From positions 1,248,001 to 1,312,000 of the forward strand of contig CBDCRP010000003.1 of assembly GCA_965221165.1 (NCBI GenBank): DNA of 64,000 bases, given 5' to 3'. The number at the start of each line of letters is the position of its first letter. Within the stretch, counting starts at the first letter, position 1. Position numbers and translations under genes: made by a program. Under the pieces are notes generated by a model. That model was not told the DNA's origin and searched no databases. It saw only the letters and a program-made list of their open reading frames with translations. Of the stretch, positions 41,073 to 54,173 are shown one piece after another. The stretch is from a bacterium. GTDB taxonomy: Bacteria > UBA8248.

Positions 41073-42014
41073 ATGGATCGCAAGATCGGAGTCGGCCGGG
41101 CTTTACCTTCGATTATTCGGCGGATGGTGGCTGGAGGGGGGAAACGCTCCCTCCACAGCCACCTCCGCTGGGCGGGGTTCTTCTTCGTACTTCCTGCGCT
41201 CATTCATCTCGTAATCTTCAAGTTCTACCCCATGCTCCAGGCCTTCCGGCTGAGCTTCTACCGCTACGACCTCATGAGTCCGCCCGTATTCACCGGGTTC
41301 AAGAACTACAACCTTCTCTGGGAGAACCCGCTCTTCCACCAATCCTTCTGGGTTTCGGTGAAGTACATGTTCGGGGTCTCCATCCCGGAGTGGTTCTTCG
41401 CACTGGCGCTGGCTCTCCTTCTGAACCGAAGGATGCCGGGGCGTTCGGTCATCCGTCTGGCGTACTTCTTCCCAATCGCGATGTCGCAAATCGTGGTGGC
41501 CATGGTGTGGAAGTTCATGTACCACCCCTACGGCCTGGTGAACACGATTCTGGAGACCTTCGGAGTCGGTCGCATCAACTGGCTATCGATGGAGGAGTCT
41601 GCGCTGCCCGCCCTCATCGCCATCGGCATCTGGCGGGGCATTCCGCTTTTCGGCGTGATCTACCTGGCGGGCCTCCAGGCCATCCCGAAGGAATATCATG
41701 AGGCGGCCATCATCGACGGCGCGGGAGTGTTCCAGCGCTTCATTTACGTGACGATCCCCCTGCTTCTCCCCACGATACTCTTCGTGATGGTGTTGTCTCT
41801 CCTCTCGGCCGTAAAGGTTTTCCTGAACCCTTTGGTCATGACCGAAGGCGGCCCCAATGGAACGACCCGGGTGCTTCCCTACTTCATCTATGAAACGGGA
41901 TTCGCCTTCTTCCGAATGGGTGAGGCCGCCGCGGCTTCGACGGTGCTCTTTGTCTTCCTTTTCGGCCTGACCCTGTTTCAGTTGCGGCTCTTGCGCCGGG
42001 GAGGGGTGGAATGA
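41073..42014 (+). CDS. Carbohydrate ABC transporter permease
   Basis: FTGFKNY, AGLQAIPKEYHEAAIIDGA EAA motif. Confidence 0.92.
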   Translation: MDRKIGVGRALPSIIRRMVAGGGKRSLHSHLRWAGFFFVLPALIHLVIFKFYPMLQAFRLSFYRYDLMSPPVFTGFKNYNLLWENPLFHQSFWVSVKYMFGVSIPEWFFALALALLLNRRMPGRSVIRLAYFFPIAMSQIVVAMVWKFMYHPYGLVNTILETFGVGRINWLSMEESALPALIAIGIWRGIPLFGVIYLAGLQAIPKEYHEAAIIDGAGVFQRFIYVTIPLLLPTILFVMVLSLLSAVKVFLNPLVMTEGGPNGTTRVLPYFIYETGFAFFRMGEAAAASTVLFVFLFGLTLFQLRLLRRGGVE

Positions 42015-42844
42015 GCCGAAAGACGCTGCTCCGTTGTGGAGGCGCGCTCATTTCCCTGCTCACTGTCCTGGGAGTCGGGGTGATGCTCCTGCCCTATTTC
42101 TGGATGGTCTCCTCCTCACTCAAGACGGGAATCGAGGTATTCGATCTTCCCATCCAATGGATACCGAATGTGATCCGGTGGGAGAACTATCCCAACGCTC
42201 TTTCCAAAGGGGCTTTCGGGGTCTATTTCTTCAACAGCTTCGTCGTGGCTTTCGCGGTCATGGGAGGGAACCTCGTTTTCTGCACCCTGGCGGGCTACGG
42301 CCTGGCCAAGTTCCGCTTCCGCCACCGGGAGCTGTGCTTCCGCTTCATCCTGAGCACCCTGATGCTCCCGCTGGAGATCGTGCTGGTGCCCACTTTCCTC
42401 GTGGTGCGAGAGTTGGGCCTCGTAAACACCTATGGCGGGCTGATCGCCCCATTGGCGGTGGACGCTTTCGGCGTCTTCCTCATGCGCCAGTCCATCAGGG
42501 ATATTCCGGACTCTTTCATCGAGGCGGCGCGGCTGGACGGATGCAGCGAGTTCGGCATCTTCTGGCGCATCATTCTTCCCAACTGCAAGCCCGCGCTGGG
42601 CGCGCTGGCGCTGCTCGCCTTCCGTGACAACTGGGACCAGTTCCTCTGGCCGTTCATCGTGGCGTCAAGCGACGCCTTGAAGACCTTCCCGCTCGGCCTG
42701 GCCCAGTTGGAGGGCATCGATTCGGCCGCCTACCATGAAATCATGGCGCTCGCGGTCCTGGGGATGATCCCGGCGGCATTCATATTCCTGTTCTTCCAGC
42801 GCGCATTCGTCCGCGGCATCACCCTCACCGGCCTGAAGGAGTGA
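42011..42844 (+). CDS. Carbohydrate ABC transporter permease
   Basis: WENY, AGYGLAKFRF, IPDSFIEAARLDG, WDQFLWP. Confidence 0.92.
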   Translation: MSRKTLLRCGGALISLLTVLGVGVMLLPYFWMVSSSLKTGIEVFDLPIQWIPNVIRWENYPNALSKGAFGVYFFNSFVVAFAVMGGNLVFCTLAGYGLAKFRFRHRELCFRFILSTLMLPLEIVLVPTFLVVRELGLVNTYGGLIAPLAVDAFGVFLMRQSIRDIPDSFIEAARLDGCSEFGIFWRIILPNCKPALGALALLAFRDNWDQFLWPFIVASSDALKTFPLGLAQLEGIDSAAYHEIMALAVLGMIPAAFIFLFFQRAFVRGITLTGLKE

Positions 42845-42940
42845 GGACCTGATATGTTAAGATTGACTCTACCCATCAAGCCCGGGAAGATCGTTCTATG
42901 CGATCTTCCGCCGCGCCACTTGTAAGGAAGGGAGTCCTAA

Positions 42941-44020
<1,080 letters not shown>

Positions 44021-44286
44021 GGCGCGGCGCCTGCGCTCCGCAACCATTGAATCCCGCGCTCCGCAAATGGGGGGCGCCGGAAATATGCACAAACGGGACC
44101 TGGCGGGACGGCGGGAGTAACCACAAGGCTTATGGGGCGGCGGCGCGGCTCACCCCGCCCGTGGCTGCGCGCATTGGTGAAAAAAGGTGAAAAAAGGAAA
44201 AAATATCGCTAAATACCTGAAAATTACTGAAAATTTAAGCTATTGTAAAATATAGGTTTATTCGTTTTTAGCCTGAAATATGGCCT

Positions 44287-45309
44287 TTAGGCGTCCTCCG
44301 CCTTGAGCGGCCGCGACATGAGGGCTCTCACGGCGTCTTCGGGATGATGGCCCTCGAACAATATGGCATGGACTTCCCGGCATATGGGCATCTCCACCCC
44401 GAACTTATCCGCAAGCCCCACGGCGGCAGGCGCCGTGGAGACGCCCTCGGCGACGGCCGTCATGGATTCCAGGATTTTCTCCAAAGACTCGCCTTTGCCC
44501 AGACGCAGGCCCACCGTTCTGTTCCTGCTCAGGTCGCCGGTGCACGTGAGCACCAGATCTCCCATTCCCGCAAGGCTGGCGAACGTCTCCAACTTACCGC
44601 CCATGGCTACGCCCAAGCGCCCGATTTCCGCCAGGCCACGCACGATGAGCGCCGCCCTCGCGTTCAACCCGAGGCCCATTCCATCGGCTATGCCCGCCGC
44701 CAGGGCGATGACGTTTTTAAGCGCCCCGCCGAGTTGGGTGCCGATGGGGTCGGCGCCCGTGTAAATCCTGAAATTGGGCGCAGAGAGCTCCCCTTGAATC
44801 ACGCCCGCCACACCGGAATCATCAGACGCCGTCGTGATGGCCGTGGGTTTTCTCTCCGCAAGCTCGCGGGCAAACGTAGGCCCCGAGAGGCAAGCAAGCG
44901 CGCGCCGCTCAAAACCCGCTTCATGGATACATCCCGAGATAACCTGGGTGGGCAGGCACAGGGTTTTTTCTTCCACGCCCTTCGTGGCGCTCGCAACAAT
45001 CGTTTCCTCATGAATCGAGGGCGCCAGCTTCGTCCACACGCCTCGAACCACATGACTCGGCATGACGCTCACGAGGATATCCTGCCCCGCCGAGGCCGCT
45101 TCCGCCAAATCGGACGTGAATCGCAAACTTTCATGCAGGGCAACGCCCGGGAGATACAGGTCATTTTCACGGTGCGACGCCATACGGGAACAAAGGTCTG
45201 CTTCAAAAACCCAAAGCGTCACTTCGTGGCCGATTTCAGAAAACAAATCCGCCAGCGCAGTCCCCCAGGCGCCGGCGCCAATTACGGAAATTCGCTGCGG
45301 CGTCATCAT
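44287..45309 (-). CDS. gpsA: NAD(P)H-dependent glycerol-3-phosphate dehydrogenase
   Basis: GAGAWGTA, SGPTFA, GGALKNVIA, GMGDLVLTCTGDLSRN, AEGV, VEMPI. Confidence 0.95.
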   Translation of the reverse strand: MMTPQRISVIGAGAWGTALADLFSEIGHEVTLWVFEADLCSRMASHRENDLYLPGVALHESLRFTSDLAEAASAGQDILVSVMPSHVVRGVWTKLAPSIHEETIVASATKGVEEKTLCLPTQVISGCIHEAGFERRALACLSGPTFARELAERKPTAITTASDDSGVAGVIQGELSAPNFRIYTGADPIGTQLGGALKNVIALAAGIADGMGLGLNARAALIVRGLAEIGRLGVAMGGKLETFASLAGMGDLVLTCTGDLSRNRTVGLRLGKGESLEKILESMTAVAEGVSTAPAAVGLADKFGVEMPICREVHAILFEGHHPEDAVRALMSRPLKAEDA

Positions 45310-45875
45310 TTTGCACGACCCGTTTTTCTCTTCGCCGCTTTTCGCTTAGTCCTGGTCGCTCTTTTCTCCGCCAATACCTGTTTCCTGGCCATATCGCCCT
45401 GGGCGACGGCCTTTTTGCCCGCGGCCGTTCTCGCTTCCCACTTTAATTTGTGCTTCAGGTGCTTCTCTTCTTCCCAAAGGTGCTGTGTGCCATCGCCCAT
45501 GAAGACGACAAAAACTTCACAGCCATCAGGGTATTCATAAGGCCCATGCGGCAAATCCCACCCGAAAACATAATCGCCCGGCCGCAAATCCTTACCCGCT
45601 ACACACATCCTGCCCCTGGTCACCAAGATGGAATGCCAACTCTTGTGCGTATGCCGAGGTTCTACATAGCCTTTGGGAAATTTCACCTTCATGTCGATTC
45701 GCTTCATCACCGGATCATGGGCGAAAATTTTCACCTTCACCCCTTTCGGCAGAGTAAGGAGATCGTTGCTCACATCTTCTTGCCACTCGACATCCTTGGC
45801 ATAGATAGCGCGGAAACGGTGGTCAAAATCTTTTTTTGCAGTCTTTTTCTTGGTTGTTCGTTTTTTAGCCGGCAT
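45306..45875 (-). CDS. Cupin-domain protein with Lys-rich termini
   Basis: PRHTHKSWH...PGDYVF...PHGP cupin motifs; start at MPAKK. Confidence 0.7.
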   Translation of the reverse strand: MPAKKRTTKKKTAKKDFDHRFRAIYAKDVEWQEDVSNDLLTLPKGVKVKIFAHDPVMKRIDMKVKFPKGYVEPRHTHKSWHSILVTRGRMCVAGKDLRPGDYVFGWDLPHGPYEYPDGCEVFVVFMGDGTQHLWEEEKHLKHKLKWEARTAAGKKAVAQGDMARKQVLAEKRATRTKRKAAKRKTGRAK

Positions 45876-46114
45876 GTTTCCTCCCACTTAAGGTTATCGA
45901 GAATTCAACAATGAAGGTTATTGGTCCAAATCGTTTTCCCTTAGATTTTCTTTCTTCTCACGCAAATGGCCAAGCTCTGCCGAGCGCTCACCCGAGTAAA
46001 CTCATCCGCAAGGTGAACTGCCCCCAAAGCATCAGAATATATAATGGGCAAAAGTATACTTTATACGGGGAGAACCACGAAACGAGAAACTGATTTTCTG
46101 AAAAGATGGCAGCT

Positions 46115-46786
46115 TTATTCGTTCAGCACAAAAATTCGAGAGGCGATATCGCGGCCCAATGTATGTTCCTTACCATTGACCAATAGCGTCACCGTACCAG
46201 CGAGAGGCAATTGTTCAATGACCTCTATGGGCATTTCCGGGAAGAAGCCGAGCTCACCCAAATATCGCAATATATTCGGGTCATCCTGTAATACACGGGT
46301 GATTTTTGTGGCGCGGCCCACCTCGAGAGAGATGAGGACGATTTCTTTGGTGTCAATCATGGTGCCGTCTTTTGCGGGAATCGGATCTCCGTGGGGATCG
46401 AGGGTAGGATAGCCAAGCGCCTTATCCAAAACGGCTTCTAGTTCCTCGCTCAAGACGTGTTCCAACTCTTCCGCCTCGACATCTACTTTGTCCCACTCAA
46501 TGCCCATCTTTTGGTTGAGATACAATTCGAGCAATCGATGATGTCTGATAATCTCTAAGGCGACCTTCTCCCCTTTTGGGCTTAAAACTACCCCCTTATA
46601 AGGCCTATATGTCAACAAACCCAAATGATCGAGTTTTTTGATCATGCTCGTCACCGATGCCGCCGATATTTCCAGACATTCCGCAATGGCGCTCGTCGCA
46701 ACAGGAGATGCTTCCTGTTGAAGCTTAAAGATATTTTTCAAATAATCTTCGATTTGTTTACTCAGACGCGGCGATGACTCGGGCAA
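46115..46786 (-). CDS. DtxR/MntR-family metal-dependent regulator with FeoA domain
   Basis: EDYLKNI, RHHRLLELYL, EAEELEH, DPHGDPIP. Confidence 0.92.
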   Translation of the reverse strand: MPESSPRLSKQIEDYLKNIFKLQQEASPVATSAIAECLEISAASVTSMIKKLDHLGLLTYRPYKGVVLSPKGEKVALEIIRHHRLLELYLNQKMGIEWDKVDVEAEELEHVLSEELEAVLDKALGYPTLDPHGDPIPAKDGTMIDTKEIVLISLEVGRATKITRVLQDDPNILRYLGELGFFPEMPIEVIEQLPLAGTVTLLVNGKEHTLGRDIASRIFVLNE

Positions 46787-46900
46787 AGGACAATCCTCTG
46801 ATTAGCAGATCGAAACCAAAGAAATAATCCTAAAATCAGCATTTTCAAGTGTCAACCAACCACATCACCCGGAAAAGCAGAAACAACGGCCCCGCTCGGC

Positions 46901-48178
46901 TCACTCGTATACAAATGTGGCTGTTATTGATTTGCGTTCAAGACCCACAGGAAACGGCTCGAACGGCGCCGCCTTGGTGACGGCGGCCATCGCCAAATCA
47001 TCGAGAATTCGAATACCTGCAGACTTGATCAAACGCACCTCCTCCAAAGTTCCATTTTTTCTCAACCGAAAACGCAACAACAACTTGCCCCCGTATTTTT
47101 GCGCCTCCACAGGCCATATCCAGGCGTTCTGTATTCTTCTCTTTATGTGAGCGAAATAAGAAGCGTACCGGAAATCACGGGTATCAAGCGAAATGGTTTC
47201 ACCTTTTTCTTTTTCCAGGTCTTTATCCAACAAACTTTTTTTCGCGATTCTGTCTGCTTCCTCATCCGAAAGATCGAATTTGGGGAGATTGGGCTTGCCT
47301 TTGGGCCGGGGTTTCACCCTGAACAGCGCCAAAGGGTCCTGTGGTTGCGGCCTCTTGGTGGCTGGACGTTGTGGCCGAATCGGCCGAGGTACCGGTTTCA
47401 ACGCGGCTACTTTAAGCTTCTCTTTTCTTTTTCCCTTTGCCCGAATTTTCTTTTTCTCTTTAGGGGGTTTCTTCCTTACGACCTTCTTCAGCACCTTTTT
47501 CTTGACCACCGGCCTAGGCTTGCGCTTGTCCTTTACAACAACCTTGGTTGCTATTTTTTTCTTTCTTGGTTTTTCAACCGCTTTTGGCTTTTCTTTTGAT
47601 TTTATCTTTTCTTTTGGTTTGATTTTTTCTCTACGAGCAGGTGATGGGATTTTAAGTTGAGGCTTAGGGGCCGGGCCAAGTCTCGCCGTTTCTATTAACT
47701 GGGGCGTTTCCTTTGTTTCCGATCTCTGCAGAGGTTTCCTTTCCTTCGATTTCTCCACTTTTTTAAGCTCGGGCTTCGGTATCACGACTGCCGGGGGTGT
47801 TGGCCGCACCGGCGGGGCTACTGGAACTGGAAACTTCGATTTTGGAACAGGCGCTAAAGACGCTACCTTAGGGACAAGCTCACCTCTACGAGAGGGAATC
47901 CGGTCTTTGTTTTCGCGCCTTAAGCGCGGGGTCTTGCCGGGTTTGCCGGAACCACTTTCTTTTCGGTTGGCATTCGATAAAAATCGACTTTTAGAGTTCA
48001 GTGGAAGTTTTTCCTTGGGTTGCTCGACAGATACGATTCGAAACTTGAAGGGCTGGCTCATCTGGGTGGATTTTTGCCAAACATACTCATGACTTGAGGC
48101 TGCGAACACGAACAAGTGCAACGAAAATGACACAAAAAAAAGGGTGAGAGGGAGTTTTTTCGACTCATTTCTTGCCAT
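46901..48178 (-). CDS. TonB-family protein
   Basis: N-terminal TM with SLHL, long Pro/Lys linker, C-terminal YFAHIKRRI..W..SAGIRILDDLAM..AAPFEPFP. Confidence 0.8.
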   Translation of the reverse strand: MARNESKKLPLTLFFVSFSLHLFVFAASSHEYVWQKSTQMSQPFKFRIVSVEQPKEKLPLNSKSRFLSNANRKESGSGKPGKTPRLRRENKDRIPSRRGELVPKVASLAPVPKSKFPVPVAPPVRPTPPAVVIPKPELKKVEKSKERKPLQRSETKETPQLIETARLGPAPKPQLKIPSPARREKIKPKEKIKSKEKPKAVEKPRKKKIATKVVVKDKRKPRPVVKKKVLKKVVRKKPPKEKKKIRAKGKRKEKLKVAALKPVPRPIRPQRPATKRPQPQDPLALFRVKPRPKGKPNLPKFDLSDEEADRIAKKSLLDKDLEKEKGETISLDTRDFRYASYFAHIKRRIQNAWIWPVEAQKYGGKLLLRFRLRKNGTLEEVRLIKSAGIRILDDLAMAAVTKAAPFEPFPVGLERKSITATFVYE

Positions 48179-48322
48179 ATATCCCCCTCTGCCTGATCCC
48201 CATCATCGTATGTATCCGTAAGAGAAGGCAAATTTGTGGCATGAGTCCTGAAAATCTCCCCATGTTTGAATCTTATGAGACGAACCACTTCTCTTCAAGG
48301 CGCCCGGAAAACAGATCTCCAT

Positions 48323-48353
48323 AAAAAAAGGGGGCCTCTCAGAGGCCCCCTTT
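48323..48353 (-). terminator. Intrinsic terminator of groESL
   Basis: AAAAAAAGGGGGCCTC-TCA-GAGGCCCCCTTT. Confidence 0.85.
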
Positions 48354-48371
48354 GAACATCAAAACAACAAC

Positions 48372-50347
<1,976 letters not shown>

Positions 50348-50477
50348 TTCCTCCTTGTAAAAAATAAAGAAATGTTGCTTCTAATCGAGACACCCAACTG
50401 AAAATGATCTCTATCTTCCGCAAGTCGTCATTCGGGCGAAACGACTCCCGAACTCTCTACCCTCTTCCTTCTGAGCG

Positions 50478-50542
50478 AGGTATATAGGGGAAAAGAAACC
50501 ATTTGTCAAGCGCTGTTAGCACTCAAGGCACTAGACTGCTAA
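50478..50542 (-). promoter_or_regulatory. groESL promoter and CIRCE (HrcA operator)
   Basis: TTAGCACTC-N9-GACTGCTAA at 50516-50542 (one mismatch to CIRCE); minus-strand CTTGACA...CCCCTATAT promoter-like sequence just downstream. Confidence 0.85.
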
Positions 50543-50762
50543 CAATGCGGTTACTTCAATTAAATATCTGATTTCTATTCACTTATCGGTACATCCGGAA
50601 GTGGCGTCGGGTCCAGCATGAAAAAAATCCTGGAATTTTCGCTAAATCCCGCCCCTCGTCCATCCCGTGATCGGATGACGTATTCCGCGCCATGGGCTAT
50701 CTTCTTCTCGATTCATGGAGAATTTCATATACAGGCATCAATGCAGAAGGAGTTATATTGAA

Positions 50763-51539
50763 ATGCCATACAAGAACCTGTTGATCGAGAAATCACAAGG
50801 CATCGCGCTCATCACCATCAACCGTCCCGAGAAGCGAAACGCGCTCGACCCCCAGACGTGGCGCGAGGTGGGAACCGTGGTGGAAGAACTCGAGGCTGAC
50901 GATGACGTTCAGGTCATCATCTTCACGGGCGCGGGCGAGAAATGCTTCGCCGCAGGTTCGGACATCACCCAGATCAAGAATCGAAGCCTCATCGACGGGC
51001 TGGCGGCCCCCTCGCAGCGCGCGCTGATGCGGCTCGAGGTGATCGAAAAACCGATAATCGCCGCGGTCAACGGCTTCGCTCTCGGCGGAGGATGCGAACT
51101 TTCCATGGCTTGCGACATCCGCATCGCGAGCGAAAACGCCAGGTTCGGACAACCAGAAGTCAATCTCGGCATCATGCCCGGAGCCGGCGGCACCCAAAGG
51201 CTCACCTCCCTCGTGGGCGTTGGCAAAGCAAAAGAACTTATTCTGACCGGTGATATCATCGACGCGCACGAGGCCCACCGCATCGGGCTGGTCAATTAGA
51301 TCGTTCCGGGGGAGAAGTTGCTGGAAGCCGCCCGGGAATGCGCGAAAAAGATGATGAGCAAGGGCCCGCTGGCGGTGCGCATCGCGAAAATCGCCATCAA
51401 CACGGGTCTCAAGTTCGGGCCCGAGGCGGGCATGGTTGCCGAGCGGCTGGGGCAGGCCTGCCTGATGACGACCGAGGACAAAGTCGAGGGCACCTCCGCG
51501 TTCCTGGAGAAAAGAGCCGCCGATTTTCAGGGAAGATGA
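50763..51539 (+). pseudogene. Enoyl-CoA hydratase/isomerase (crotonase) with in-frame TAG at 51297-51299
   Basis: INRPEKRNAL, FAAGSDI, ALGGGCEL, GQPEVNLGIMPGAGGTQRL, IGLVN*IVPGEKLLE..., EGTSAFLEKR. Confidence 0.85.
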
Positions 51540-51746
51540 GCAATTTAGTACTTATGGGGGCAATCACATCCGGAGAAGAAACGCCCGACCGGCGCTACAA
51601 ATGAGGGCAACTGCGGGGAATTGCGCCCCGAACCCGAGCGGCTCGCGCGGTACGGGTACGTCATGACGAAATAGGGACGTTCCACTAGCAGGACGCATGG
51701 CTGCCTGGCGTCACCGCCGGTGGGCATAAAAGTGGGGGTTACTCCT

Positions 51747-52373
51747 CTACCCCGCCAACCCATCAATAATGCCCCGCCACTCATTGGGCGTAACTTCCAC
51801 GATTCGCATCTCGCCTATCGAGACGCTGCAGATCACGACGTCGACTTCGAGTTCCCTCATCGACGCGAGGCTGCGCGCCAGTTCCGCCTCATCGCCCCCG
51901 TCGTCGCCGACGACGATGGTCTTCCACTCTCCACCATCGAGATAAATCGCGTCTCCCGTAAAGAGATACGTCTTGCCGTGGGGCGAGCGGTAGCGATAGC
52001 AGACGCTGTTATTCGTGTGGCCCGGCGTATGGATCACCTCTATGTCGCCGAGATACTCGCGCGGGGGAGAATCGAAAAGCACGTCGGCCGAAACCGCATT
52101 AGGGAGATAAGGCGCAGCGAGCGCGTGGCAACACAATTTGGAGTCGAAACGGCCGGCCACCTCGGCGAGCGACTCGCCCACTTCGTGACAGTGGCTCAGG
52201 CAGTGATGCGCGATTCCTCCCAAATCGCCAATCTCCTCGAAATCGCCGGAGCTTCTGGGGTTATAAAAGAGGACGTTGCCTCCCGGGCGTTCGAGAAGAT
52301 AGGCGTGCACGGTCAAAACCGAAAATTGCTTCTCTTCGGCCGTCTGCCACAGGTCGGGGTAGAGACGCTTCAT
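51747..52373 (-). CDS. Metallo-beta-lactamase-fold hydrolase
   Basis: SHCHE, HTPGHT, LFTGD. Confidence 0.85.
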   Translation of the reverse strand: MKRLYPDLWQTAEEKQFSVLTVHAYLLERPGGNVLFYNPRSSGDFEEIGDLGGIAHHCLSHCHEVGESLAEVAGRFDSKLCCHALAAPYLPNAVSADVLFDSPPREYLGDIEVIHTPGHTNNSVCYRYRSPHGKTYLFTGDAIYLDGGEWKTIVVGDDGGDEAELARSLASMRELEVDVVICSVSIGEMRIVEVTPNEWRGIIDGLAG

Positions 52374-52489
52374 GCTTTGGGTCCCTCACTTAATGAGCCG
52401 GGCCGCTCGTCGTCATGACCCGGAGGGCCACGCTATGCCATAGCGCACGAGAAGGGAGGGATGCCGGGGATGAAGAAAACATCGGCTCG

Positions 52490-52609
52490 CAATTCCTCCC
52501 TCTTCAGTCGAAACAATTCCTCCCTCTTCAGTCGAAACAATTCCTCCCTCCTCGGTCGAAACAATTCCTCCCTCCTCGGTCGAAACAATTCCTCCCTCCT
52601 CGGTCGGAA
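52490..52609 (+). repeat. 24-bp tandem repeat x5
   Basis: CAATTCCTCCCTC(T/C)TC(A/G)GTCGAAA, two plus three sub-variants, no spacers. Confidence 0.9.
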
Positions 52610-52617
52610 TTGACCCC

Positions 52618-52908
52618 TTACGACGACTCGTTATAGGAGATGAAGGTGATGTCCACCGCCTCGTTGCGGCCGGGGATCAGGGCCTGGTAGCCGTCCGAGT
52701 AATACCATTTCTCCACCGCCTCCTGGTCGGGGAACTTCAGGAGGACGAATATGCTCCTGTCGTGCTCGCCGGTGAGAACCTTTACGAGTTCTCCGCCCAG
52801 CACGAACTCGCCCCCGACGGAGGCGACGATAGCTAGCCCCTGCTCGGCGTAGTTGTTGAATCCTTCTTCGTCTTTGACGGTGATATGTCCGACCACGAAT
52901 GCGCTCAT
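52618..52908 (-). CDS. DUF1330 family protein
   Basis: MSAFVVGHITVKD...GGEFVL...LLKFPD..AVEKWYYSDGYQALIPGR. Confidence 0.85.
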   Translation of the reverse strand: MSAFVVGHITVKDEEGFNNYAEQGLAIVASVGGEFVLGGELVKVLTGEHDRSIFVLLKFPDQEAVEKWYYSDGYQALIPGRNEAVDITFISYNESS

Positions 52909-53099
52909 GTTCACTCCTTTCGCAAATGGGGCCGACAGCCCGGAAACGCTTCGCGCCGCGCGACCCGGTAAATGAAATAAGGATTTCACGCCGCAGACAT
53001 CGCGGCGTCTCTCATGTCTCCTCGTCAACCGGCCTTCGCCGGACTGAAAAGCAAAGCACCATGAAAACCTCGGGATATCCCAAGGTTTCATAAACCGCC

Positions 53100-53970
53100 T
53101 TCGGGATCAACGCCGCCCGAACGATGTGGGAATGAGGGCGTGCGGACTTTCCCTCCCCGTTCGGAACCGGCCTCGGGGCATCACTCCCCCTTCGTTAGGA
53201 GAATCGGTCTGTAGGGGACGCATATATGCGGCCCTCCCTTTCGCCTTCATAATGCGGGTCGCATATATGCGCCCCCTACACCCCCTCGCATCCATCGAAA
53301 CCGAACCGCACCGCCGTCATTCCGGTGTCAAACCCGACCGGGGAGGGGTTGTTGAAAAAGTCCTGATTTAGTGATTTGGCGAATGGAACCAACCGGGGAG
53401 GGGGGTCCGTAGCGGACAGGCCCCTTTGCCTGTCCGAGGTCGCGACTTGTGGGACAGCCCCGAGGAGGGGCTGTCACTACGAGGCGGTGCGGTTTTGTTC
53501 GTCATTCCGGCGCATGCCGGAATCCATGTGTTTTGCCTTTGTTTTTTATTTTCTGATTGATTCCCGCCAATGAGGGGGAGATGAAAAGCCGGAGTATTGT
53601 CATTCCGCTCGGCAATGGATTCCGCAGCCCCTCCTTCCTCAGTCGGGACTGACACCGGAATGACGGCGGTCAATTCCGACCGAGAAGGGGTTTTTCAACA
53701 ACCCCGGGGAGGAAGGGTTTGCGGAATCCAGGGAATTTGTCCTTCGTCTTTCATTTTCCGGCACCATCCCCGCTTTATCGTAGAAGAATGAAACGCCTTG
53801 GCATATCCACCCCGTCGGTTCTGGCCAACCTGTCGGTTGTCACCGGCATACGCCGGAATGACGAACCAAACCCTCCCATCTCCATTGGGATTGACCGATT
53901 GACCCTCAAATTCCTCGGTCTTGTAGGGGCCGTTCGCGAACGTGGGCCGTTTGAAAGAACGGCCCCTACC
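53100..53970. repeat. Cluster of REP-type palindromes (GTAG and CGTC types)
   Basis: GTAGGGGACGCATATATGC pair 53211-53279; CGTCATTCCGGCGCATGCCGGAATCC; GTAGGGGCCGTTCGCGAAC...CGGCCCCTAC. Confidence 0.8.
53345..53705. mobile_element. MITE with IS1182-like ends
   Basis: 15-bp perfect TIR GGGGTTGTTGAAAAA; 5-bp direct repeat GGGGA (53340-53344, 53706-53710); non-coding interior made of REP units. Confidence 0.7.
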
Positions 53971-54173
53971 GATTGGCACATCGTTCCGGCAACCCCTCTC
54001 CTGTTTTTCGGGCTGGCCGCCGGATTTCTTTTGGGTTAATATGAGGCATACAACGTGAAGTGGAGTAAACCATCGCCCATGCTTGGTTTTTACGCGCCCC
54101 GGCGCAGGAGGGTTTCATTCAGATTCGCCCGAGTGTTCTTTTTTGTTTCTGATTTCGTGGGGGAAATCCGGTC

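Noticed and set aside
51297-51299. Pyrrolysine or programmed read-through in the crotonase gene
   Set aside because: Non-catalytic position normally Q/K/R; a single substitution or sequencing error is simpler; no pyl genes in view.
52490-52609. CRISPR array
   Set aside because: Head-to-tail 24-bp units with no unique spacers; no cas genes.
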